Source: a virus (taxonomy: Duplodnaviria > Caudoviricetes). From it: DNA of 32,435 nt. Where the stretch lies: positions 1 to 32,435 of the IMG/VR virus record IMGVR_UViG_3300025610_002491. One strand, written 5' to 3'. The notes beneath the pieces are model-generated. The model was given only the letters and a program-made list of their open reading frames with translations. It did not search any database and was not told the DNA's origin. Below are positions 8,901-15,414 of this stretch, piece by piece; positions within the stretch are counted from its first letter, which is position 1, and the number at the start of each line of letters is the position of its first letter. Both the position numbers and the translations under genes were made by a program.

Positions 8901-9070
8901 CTAATACTAACAGTATTAGGAAAAATCTCGGTATTGATCTCAAGATTTACCTGCGCACTAATACTAACATATATGAAAAAATTTTGGTTATTGATCGCAA
9001 GATTTACGCGCATACTAATACTAATAAAAAGAAAAATTATTCTGGTATCAATCTCAAGAAATACGCGCCA
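8901..9070. repeat. Three degenerate tandem repeats, 57-bp period
   Basis: ctaatactaa at 8901, 8958 and 9015; each unit also carries a (g/t)tat(t/c)(g/a)atc(t/g)caaga(t/a)(t/a)tac block. Confidence 0.8.
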
Positions 9071-9087
9071 AGCTATGCTTGGCGCGT
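9063..9087. repeat. Perfect 11-bp inverted repeat
   Basis: acgcgccaagc-tat-gcttggcgcgt. Confidence 0.85.
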
Positions 9088-9120
9088 GTCAAAGTCTCGT
9101 GAGGCGTGGGACTTGGTTTT

Positions 9121-9483
9121 TTACGCTTGGATTTTTTTGATTGCGTCTTCTAAATTTTTGAAATTTGCAACAGGAATCACGCGTCTCGGATCTCGGATCA
9201 CGAAAATTTGATATTCTGAAGAGCTTGACTGCGAGAGTGCCTCTCGCAAGATAAAAGACACGCCACCATTTTTAAAATGTGTCAAATGCCAGTTGATTTG
9301 GTACTTAGACAAACCTAAATTCTTGACATTATTAGACTTCAACTCAATCCAAATACTTTTGTTGTTTATCAACCAATAAACATCTGGTATTCCATTAATT
9401 GTTGGGCTTTCTATACGAAAAATTTGACCTTTTAACTTTAAATTTTTTATGCGTTGCCACAATAAACTTTCTGATTTTTTCAT
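9121..9483 (-). CDS. VRR-NUC / Holliday junction resolvase-like PD-(D/E)xK nuclease
   Basis: ESLLW...RIES...GIPDVY...WIELK...LSKYQINWH pattern. Confidence 0.85.
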   Translation of the reverse strand: MKKSESLLWQRIKNLKLKGQIFRIESPTINGIPDVYWLINNKSIWIELKSNNVKNLGLSKYQINWHLTHFKNGGVSFILREALSQSSSSEYQIFVIRDPRRVIPVANFKNLEDAIKKIQA

Positions 9484-9511
9484 AATGTTATTAGGTCAAT
9501 AACATATAAAT

Positions 9512-9553
9512 AAAAAGCCCTCAACTGCACTCTCGCGCATTGTTAAGGGCTTT
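9512..9553 (-). terminator. Intrinsic terminator
   Basis: Minus strand AAAGCCCTTAAC-AATGCGC-GAGA-GTGCA-GTTGAGGGCTTTTTATTT: long stem, GNRA loop, G-U pairs and U-tract. Confidence 0.8.
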
Positions 9554-9638
9554 GTAGGACTTTAGCTTGAGATCAAATTAATAACTAGTATTTATCTCAA
9601 TACAGGTTGCTAACTTACCTATTGGCCTAGTACCAATT

Positions 9639-10220
9639 CTATTTGCTCGGCAACTCCAATAAAGTTTGTGGAACTTCCAAAACTATTTCAGCTTTAGACA
9701 TTTCTTTTTTCAAAGAACTAACCACGCTATTTATATGTGCGCCAGTATGTATAATCATTCTACATCTTTTTCTAACTTTATCTAAAGAATTATAGACTTT
9801 ATGATTTTTCTTAACATGGTTTTTAGCTTCTTGGTAGCAAGCGTCATTTAACTTACTTTCAGCAGTAGCAGGATTTACAGTACCATTATCACCCATATAC
9901 ATATCTTCCCAATTACGAGCTTTACTTAATCTTTGTACTTTAGATTTAAACTGCTCACTTGCCTTTTCCCAAGCATGTTTTAATTTATTTTCCATAACTG
10001 CTTTATTATCCACAAAGTCTTCATAAGCCTTATGCTCTTTTTTAAGAGCTTCAAGCTCTTTGTGTAAGCCACACTCTTTAACAAAATTATCTTTTCTTTT
10101 ATCTGCCAAAGTTTGTGCTTCTTGTGTTATTTCAGTATCAACTGATCTTTGTTTTTCGTAGAATTCATCATTAGTAAAATTATTCCAGAATTCTAACTCA
10201 TCTTTTCTTATTGGTTTCAT
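9639..10220 (-). CDS. Hypothetical coiled-coil early protein
   Basis: 193 aa ORF with SD GGAG. Confidence 0.8.
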   Translation of the reverse strand: MKPIRKDELEFWNNFTNDEFYEKQRSVDTEITQEAQTLADKRKDNFVKECGLHKELEALKKEHKAYEDFVDNKAVMENKLKHAWEKASEQFKSKVQRLSKARNWEDMYMGDNGTVNPATAESKLNDACYQEAKNHVKKNHKVYNSLDKVRKRCRMIIHTGAHINSVVSSLKKEMSKAEIVLEVPQTLLELPSK

Positions 10221-10424
10221 TTATTGCTCCATTTTTTTCTTTGTTAGTTTAAATTGTAGTGGGTTGAACTTGATGCAATTATTGTATTCAACCTTTTAGT
10301 CAAGAACGCACCACAAAGTTATTTTTATTTTTTGGTAGCGTAAACCCAAAGTTTATATTTCTATAACACCTATATACGCTTTGTTGTCTCGGTAATACCA
10401 ATTAAAAACAACTAAAAAATTCTT

Positions 10425-11024
10425 TTATCCGATAGTAAAGCCACCAGAAAATTTACAAAAAGTTGCAAACTCTTTCACATTTTCTAAATTAAAAGGATAA
10501 TTACCCATACTATTTCTTTTTTGTAGTATTCTATCCCACTGTTGCTTTTCTTTTTTCGGAAAATCTATTGGCGCCCAACCAGGTTGGTTGTATTTTTTCT
10601 TAACACTTTCACTAAAGGCTTGTAGCTCTTTTTCAACAATTTCATTTTTCTTTTCTGCTTTTTTTCTTAAAAGCTCAAACTCTTTAGCATATTTTTTAGT
10701 ATGACCAGTGCTAATTAAATGCTCTAATTGTTGCGCAATCATTTTAGCGTCTTGGTCATTAACTTCGTGATTATCGTTGAAGTGCCATCTTTCAGCGTCT
10801 TTTTCACTTACGACTTTTGTAAATCTAATTACATAATCGGCAAGTGGTCGCCACCACCAAACATTGTTCCTAAAGTAAGTGCCACTTTGACTTTCGTATT
10901 TGTCCATTTCTTCAAAATATTTTTCTCTCTCTTCTTGAGAAAAATTTTCGTCATGTAAGTTATCTGGTCTTTCTGGTCTTTTAATTGTTGTTTGTGGATT
11001 TAATCCATATAAGTCAAAACCCAT
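10425..11024 (-). CDS. Hypothetical early phage protein
   Basis: 199 aa, SD AGAGG; MGFDLYG...YFRNNVWWWRPL...SGGFTIG. Confidence 0.85.
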   Translation of the reverse strand: MGFDLYGLNPQTTIKRPERPDNLHDENFSQEEREKYFEEMDKYESQSGTYFRNNVWWWRPLADYVIRFTKVVSEKDAERWHFNDNHEVNDQDAKMIAQQLEHLISTGHTKKYAKEFELLRKKAEKKNEIVEKELQAFSESVKKKYNQPGWAPIDFPKKEKQQWDRILQKRNSMGNYPFNLENVKEFATFCKFSGGFTIG

Positions 11025-11053
11025 TTTATACCTCTTTTTGTTAAATTGTTAAT

Positions 11054-11090
11054 ATCCCATGAGAATAAGATATAAAATAAAATTTGTCAA
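11054..11090 (-). promoter_or_regulatory. Sigma70 promoter with operator box over the -10
   Basis: TTGACA-N17-TATTCT; ATCCCAtgagaaTAAGAT at 11054-11071. Confidence 0.8.
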
Positions 11091-11099
11091 ACTTTATTT

Positions 11100-11192
11100 T
11101 TATGTAAAATAACCCAATAAAATCAATATTATTAGAAATAGTGCAGGAAAAAATATTATAAATCTTAAAATAAATGCAATAAATTCGTTCAT
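11100..11192 (-). CDS. Small membrane protein (30 aa)
   Basis: Manual translation MNEFIAFILRFIIFFPALFLIILILLGYFT; resembles 7648..7758. Confidence 0.55.
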   Translation of the reverse strand: MNEFIAFILRFIIFFPALFLIILILLGYFT

Positions 11193-11232
11193 GGATTATT
11201 AAAATAAACCCATAAAAAAATATTACAAGATA

Positions 11233-11544
11233 CTAAATTTTTTTAATTTCTTTTATTACAGAATTAGGAATTATGGTTGTATTACCTATATTCTCAATTT
11301 TCTTTTTATCTTCACTAAAAGAATAATCTCCAAAAATTCTGGTTATACCTTTAGATTGAGAGAATAAATGACCTTTTGTAATACAGGTTGCAAGCTCACT
11401 ATTTTTTAAATTTTCAAAACTAGTCCATGAGCTATCACTAACTATATCATACCACTCAACAGAAACCATTGGATATTTTTCTATTTCACTATTTACTTTT
11501 TTAGGAATTGTAATTTTTTTATTATTTCGTTTTTTAATTTTCAT
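11233..11544 (-). CDS. Hypothetical phage protein (103 aa)
   Basis: YPMVSVEWYDI...CITKGHL...TTIIP. Start moved to 11544 because the extra 30 residues in the track simply translate the DNA repeat. Confidence 0.75.
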   Translation of the reverse strand: MKIKKRNNKKITIPKKVNSEIEKYPMVSVEWYDIVSDSSWTSFENLKNSELATCITKGHLFSQSKGITRIFGDYSFSEDKKKIENIGNTTIIPNSVIKEIKKI

Positions 11545-11643
11545 AAAAATCTCGGTATTTGTTCTCAAGGTTTGCAAAAAAATCTCGGTATGTATTCTCA
11601 AGATTTGGAAAAAAATCTCGGTATGTATTCTCAAGATTTGGCA
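11545..11643. repeat. Three tandem 33-bp repeats
   Basis: aaaaatctcggtatttgttctcaaggtttgcaa / aaaaatctcggtatgtattctcaagatttggaa / aaaaatctcggtatgtattctcaagatttggca. Confidence 0.95.
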
Positions 11644-11645
11644 TT

Positions 11646-11729
11646 TTACTTTCCATCCTTTGTTAAAACACTAACTATACCAATTGAAGTATTCAAATGT
11701 TGGTTATGAACTTCATTGAATACTTGCAT
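11646..11729 (-). CDS. Possible small protein downstream of terS
   Basis: MQVFNEVHNQHLNTSIGIVSVLTKDGK fills the gap after terS; start uncertain. Confidence 0.35.
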   Translation of the reverse strand: MQVFNEVHNQHLNTSIGIVSVLTKDGK

Positions 11730-11739
11730 AAACCCACCG

Positions 11740-12249
11740 CTATTCAAGAGTTTTTTCTGGCGTGACGTCAATAATATCTTTGGCCTCTCCGATTTTACCT
11801 TCGAGTTCAGATAATCTTTTTTCAAGTTCCTCACGACTCATACCCTCCAATCCCACATGGGTTACTTCTTTTTTATCTATAAAAAATCCTGCCATCTGGC
11901 CACTTCTATACTCTGCATTTATAGCATGCCCAAATTGTTTTTTCTTCTCAGCTTCTTTACTAAGTCGCTCAAAATTTTTATACTTCTTAAGTTTATCCCC
12001 GGAATATTTTTTTAATTCCTGATTGTATCTCATTTCCATATATCTAACTACGTGTGGGTTTTTATTTGGATCTGTGAGTCTACTTGCGATTTCTGTAGGT
12101 CCTTCAGGCTTTACTGATTTATAACCTGCTCTTTTGGCTGCTTCTACTTTGGAAAGCTCACCCCAATTCTCAACATATATATCAACAAACGCTTTTTGTT
12201 TTTGCGTCAATTCATTTATAGCTTTTAGTGTGTTTTTTCTTTTTGCCAT
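11740..12249 (-). CDS. terS: Terminase small subunit
   Basis: LTQKQKAFVDIYV...KVEAAKRAGY HTH, ASRL...PHVVRY, AINAE...GFFIDKKEV, MSREELEKRL. Confidence 0.85.
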   Translation of the reverse strand: MAKRKNTLKAINELTQKQKAFVDIYVENWGELSKVEAAKRAGYKSVKPEGPTEIASRLTDPNKNPHVVRYMEMRYNQELKKYSGDKLKKYKNFERLSKEAEKKKQFGHAINAEYRSGQMAGFFIDKKEVTHVGLEGMSREELEKRLSELEGKIGEAKDIIDVTPEKTLE

Positions 12250-12287
12250 CTTGACCAGTTATATCATATTCCACTCTCCCATACCCC

Positions 12288-12545
12288 CTCCTTACAAACA
12301 TTTTTTTAAATTTTTTTTTGCACAAATGACATCCTCTGTAATTTTTCCTAAAACTTTGGGAATTTTCCCAGTCTTAAAAAGCACTTTGGGACGTTATTAT
12401 TCTTATTCTAAGCCATTTTTCCCAATTTCCCAGAAATTTGCTCCTTACAAACATTTTTTTATTTTTTTGTTTCTAAGGAGTAGGTATAGGGAAAACTGGG
12501 AAAGTGGCAGAATCGTGGCCCGTGATCCGTGGTCCATTATCCCAG
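12288..12545. other. Repeat-rich non-coding region: candidate replication origin or packaging site
   Basis: Perfect 21-bp direct repeat ctccttacaaacattttttta (12288, 12441); multiple TTCCCA/TGGGAA elements in both orientations; T-tracts; three CGTG heptads at 12514-12531. Confidence 0.55.
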
Positions 12546-12697
12546 TCACTATCAACTACAAAATATTACCAATTACCAAGATGCACGGCTACCGAACCAC
12601 TGACAAAAGGACAGTATAGATGATAACTATCGATTAGGTGCCACTAGTGGATACCTTAACATAGATATCCGTAAATCAACCAATAAAAAGGACAAAC

Positions 12698-13063
12698 ATG
12701 TACACTAAAAGTGCTAAAAATACACAAGAAATCGCTAATGAAATATTAAATTTTTTCATATTATTTAGCGAAACAGCTAAAAGAAATGGTTTAAGAAAAC
12801 ACCATTTAACAGCAGGACATTTAGGAATTATGATAGCAATTCCTGAAAGCTTTGAGAATGGAGAACATTTAATAAGTTCATTTTCAGCAGTAAGGATTTA
12901 TAAGAGCTTTAGGGCCCTTAATTACCAATGCTCGTCTGCATCTTTTAGAATGAATCTAAATGAATTAGTTAGACTCGGATATCTTAAAAAAGAAAACTAC
13001 GAGTACAGCTATAATTTATTTTTCTCAAAACAAGAAGTTGACTTTAGCGAACAACTCCAGTAA
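12698..13063 (+). CDS. Putative winged-helix DNA-binding protein
   Basis: 121 aa, SD AAGGA; SSASFRMNLNELVRLGYLKK resembles a wHTH recognition helix plus wing. Confidence 0.55.
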   Translation: MYTKSAKNTQEIANEILNFFILFSETAKRNGLRKHHLTAGHLGIMIAIPESFENGEHLISSFSAVRIYKSFRALNYQCSSASFRMNLNELVRLGYLKKENYEYSYNLFFSKQEVDFSEQLQ

Positions 13064-13066
13064 TAA
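13038..13066 (+). promoter_or_regulatory. Putative sigma70 promoter for sRNA-1
   Basis: TTGACT-N17-TAATAA inside the 3' end of the upstream gene; ATGGGAT operator half-site at 13066-13072. Confidence 0.5.
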
Positions 13067-13072
13067 TGGGAT

Positions 13073-13155
13073 ACGCATAATTTCATTATTGTGCCTCTTT
13101 GTTAGTTCTAGGCCTGGCTTTTTATATTCATTTCCCAGGCCTAGACTTTTTTCTT
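13073..13155 (+). ncRNA. Candidate trans-acting antisense sRNA-1
   Basis: 5' hairpin gcataat/attgtgc (G-U pair on + strand), exposed cctctttgttagtt, then terminator hairpin tctaggcctgg/ccaggcctaga plus U-tract. Confidence 0.55.
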
Positions 13156-13156
13156 T
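13107..13156 (+). terminator. Intrinsic terminator
   Basis: 11-bp perfect arms 13107-13117 / 13135-13145 followed by cttttttcttt. Confidence 0.75.
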
Positions 13157-13183
13157 GACACCATCTTCAATATTTGATAATCT
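13155..13183 (+). promoter_or_regulatory. Strong sigma70 promoter with extended -10
   Basis: TTGACA-N17-TAATCT with TGn immediately before the -10; no normal ORF downstream. Confidence 0.7.
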
Positions 13184-13189
13184 ATTTAT

Positions 13190-13270
13190 TATTAACTTAG
13201 GAGGGTTCTCATGAGTTAACTTGTTTACCCTGTAGTTTATAGATTGCTCCCTTAGGCTACAGGGTTAAAC
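13190..13270 (+). ncRNA. Candidate sRNA-2 (two hairpins, embedded Met-Ser-stop minigene)
   Basis: Hairpin ttaactta/tgagttaa encloses AGGAGG-N6-ATG AGT TAA; 13-bp stem accctgtagttta/taggctacagggt (two G-U pairs on + strand) with loop tagattgctccct. Confidence 0.5.
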
Positions 13271-13738
13271 TTCAATCGATAAATCTTTTTTAAAACTATC
13301 AACAAATACGTTATCAGCATGTGATATTTGTCTACGTTTATTTTCTAAATTTCGTCTCAGCTCACGTCTTAAATCTTTATCCACTTCAACCTTAAGTCTT
13401 TGAAATAATTTATTATATTCATGCCATAACAAATGACGTCTTTTAAATTTGATATCACCATTCTTTAACGCTTTATAATATCTAAATCGAACATCATCCG
13501 GTTCCCATCCGGCCCACCAACAGATCTGTTCAAAGTCATCAGATGCTGCAATCCAAAAATGTGCATCACACTTATTTAAACTTGATTTACGATCTCCTGC
13601 TAAAGCTCTTGCATCTTCAAATGCATTTAAAATAACATGACGCCATAATTTCTGTTCATTACTTATGTGATTATCTGCAATAATATCGGCAGTAATTTTA
13701 GTGCCCATAAGTTTTAACAAGTCTGGAGAGTAGATCAC
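13265..13738 (-). CDS. Hypothetical phage protein
   Basis: EQKLWRHVILNAFEDA...DFEQICWWAGWEP; true start may be the MGTK Met. Confidence 0.8.
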   Translation of the reverse strand: MIYSPDLLKLMGTKITADIIADNHISNEQKLWRHVILNAFEDARALAGDRKSSLNKCDAHFWIAASDDFEQICWWAGWEPDDVRFRYYKALKNGDIKFKRRHLLWHEYNKLFQRLKVEVDKDLRRELRRNLENKRRQISHADNVFVDSFKKDLSIEV

Positions 13739-13943
13739 GATAATGGCCTTTCGATTTATTATATTTAAACCGAGTGGCGACCTCGTAATGTTCTAATACA
13801 TCATCAATTAATATTGTGATGGCTGCGCCTTGAAGTTTCTCTTCTTTGATATGAGCTTTGATATCTTGAAAGTCTTCGTTCATTTCACGTTTAGTATAAT
13901 TATCAGGCATCATTCTTTGGACTCCAAAATTTATAATGCTCAA
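13698..13943 (-). CDS. Hypothetical protein
   Basis: Part of an overlapping operon; start probably at the internal MMPDN. Confidence 0.65.
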   Translation of the reverse strand: MSIINFGVQRMMPDNYTKREMNEDFQDIKAHIKEEKLQGAAITILIDDVLEHYEVATRFKYNKSKGHYRDLLSRLVKTYGH

Positions 13944-14253
13944 AATTAATTATATTGTCGTGTGTTTGAATTTGTTTTTTATTTTTTTTCTTTTTAAAGT
14001 TAGATACTTTTGATGGATCGGGTTTATGGTTTTTGAAAAAAGAGGTATTTCTTAATTCTTTATTGTGAATATCGTAAATGTCTTGTGCATCCTGGAGGAA
14101 CCTTGGTCCGAGTTCCGTGTATCCATAATTAACACCATTGAGTAAAGCAAAGATAGTCGAGGTTAGATTCTTGTATTGATTAGGCGTAAATTTCCCTGCT
14201 GCAGTAACTAACAGCTTTGTTAAATCAGTGATACCATCCTTTTTCTTTGCCAT
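13903..14253 (-). CDS. Hypothetical protein
   Basis: 116 aa ORF in a tightly packed operon. Confidence 0.75.
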   Translation of the reverse strand: MAKKKDGITDLTKLLVTAAGKFTPNQYKNLTSTIFALLNGVNYGYTELGPRFLQDAQDIYDIHNKELRNTSFFKNHKPDPSKVSNFKKKKNKKQIQTHDNIINFEHYKFWSPKNDA

Positions 14254-14467
14254 TTATATAATCCAATGCAATTTTAAATAATAATACTTGTTCGGCTTCT
14301 TTTGTTATGCCGTTTGGTCCGTGGAGCGTGGTTCCTGATGAATTGCAAATGATACACTCAGTGTAATATCCTGCAGTAGTCTTAATATAACCAAGGCCTT
14401 TGCAGTCTTTACACTTTGCGGATTTGCCAGTTAATTTATTCATATTAAATTTTAGGTTGTGTTGCAA
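14225..14467 (-). CDS. DnaJ-type zinc-finger small protein
   Basis: CKDCKGLG and CIICNSSG (CxxCxGxG-like); start uncertain. Confidence 0.7.
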   Translation of the reverse strand: MQHNLKFNMNKLTGKSAKCKDCKGLGYIKTTAGYYTECIICNSSGTTLHGPNGITKEAEQVLLFKIALDYINGKEKGWYH

Positions 14468-14482
14468 GTACTTATTGTAAAG

Positions 14483-14518
14483 AAAAAAGGGGATGGGATC
14501 AATGACCCCAACCCCTTT
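14483..14518 (-). terminator. Intrinsic terminator
   Basis: Minus strand AAAGGGGTTGGGGTC-ATT-GATCCCATCCCCTTTTTTC, downstream of the stop at 14540. Confidence 0.8.
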
Positions 14519-14539
14519 GATAAGCGTTGTATGAGTAGT

Positions 14540-15259
14540 TTAATTTAATTTTTTATTATTCCATCCAGATACTTGATCTAAATATTCTTCAGGACTCATT
14601 AAACCATGTTTTTTCTCTATTAAATCTACAAAATTTTTAGATCGTTCAACTAAATGTTTAGGCGCAACAATGTCAAAAGCTTCTTTTAACCCACTGCCCA
14701 AGATAGTACTCATCACCTGGGGATGTTTCATTTTTCTTTGAGCTTTACCTATGATTTGTCTTACTCGTTCTCTAGATAGATGAAATGTTTGAGCAATTTC
14801 CTCTAAGGTATGCTCATGGCCATCATCAAAACCGAATCGCATTTTTAATATTGCAGCTTCTCTAGGATTCAAACCTTTTTCAATTGCAACTCTAATCTTA
14901 ATCTTAGCCTGCTCTTCAATAAGTTTTTGCTCCTGGTTTTTAGTTGGATTAACAATTTGTTTAAGATCTTTTTCTTTAACTTTAATTTCAAAAGATCTTT
15001 TATTGAATCCTTGTAGTTGTCTTTCAGTAAAACAATCTTCCAAAGTAACATTAAGAACTTCTAATAACTTAGCGCAAACACCAACTAAGGTACCTTTTTC
15101 AGTAAAAGGTTTTAGTTTGCCAGCCACTAACTCTGTTAATTGTTGGTAAGGCAGATAATTTTTTTCTGCAAAACTTCTTACACTTATGTAACCTTTATCC
15201 TCAATTAACTTTAAGATACGTTCATTCCTAATTGTTATTTTTACTCGATAGTCACTCAT
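14540..15259 (-). CDS. XRE-like HTH fused to a sigma70 region 4 domain
   Basis: N-terminal SVRSFAEKNYLPYQQLTELVAGK...KLLEVLNVTLEDCF; C-terminal LNPREAAILKMRFG...TLEEIAQTFHLSRERVRQI closely matches RpoD region 4; no region 2. Confidence 0.8.
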   Translation of the reverse strand: MSDYRVKITIRNERILKLIEDKGYISVRSFAEKNYLPYQQLTELVAGKLKPFTEKGTLVGVCAKLLEVLNVTLEDCFTERQLQGFNKRSFEIKVKEKDLKQIVNPTKNQEQKLIEEQAKIKIRVAIEKGLNPREAAILKMRFGFDDGHEHTLEEIAQTFHLSRERVRQIIGKAQRKMKHPQVMSTILGSGLKEAFDIVAPKHLVERSKNFVDLIEKKHGLMSPEEYLDQVSGWNNKKLN

Positions 15260-15300
15260 TACTGTCTCCTGATTCGTTAATTTATTTTATTCATAATTAA

Positions 15301-15328
15301 AAACTAGATTGCTCAGATTAATTGTCAA
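15301..15328 (-). promoter_or_regulatory. Putative sigma70 promoter
   Basis: TTGACA-N16-TAGTTT upstream of SD AGGAG and the ATG at 15259. Confidence 0.55.
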
Positions 15329-15336
15329 ATAAAATT

Positions 15337-15414
15337 TCATATAAGAAAGTATAGGACTGTTGCTGCAATTACCCACCATAAAAGGTAGTTATTATCGTTA
15401 TACGGTTGTCTCAT
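15337..15414 (-). CDS. Small membrane peptide (25 aa)
   Basis: Manual translation MRQPYNDNNYLLWWVIAATVLYFLI; ATGA overlap with the upstream stop. Confidence 0.55.
   Translation of the reverse strand: MRQPYNDNNYLLWWVIAATVLYFLI

Noticed and set aside
8894-9211. Plus-strand ORFs 8894-9211 and 8934-9140 as repeat proteins
   Set aside because: No SD; they overlap the resolvase antisense; their periodicity just reflects the 57-bp DNA repeat, whose core recurs elsewhere in non-coding form. Not fully excluded.
9555-9625. SAM-II/SAM-V riboswitch (AACCUGUAUUG and GCUAAAG resemble parts of the consensus)
   Set aside because: Lacks the conserved UUU-containing loop and P1 arrangement, and lies in a 3' UTR before a terminator rather than over an SD.
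11545-11643. CRISPR-like mini-array
   Set aside because: The 33-bp units abut directly with no unique spacers, and there are no cas genes in the window.
12134-12619. 161-aa plus-strand ORF
   Set aside because: Starts antisense inside terS and translates the repeat/T-tract region (PYKHFF twice); composition is not protein-like.
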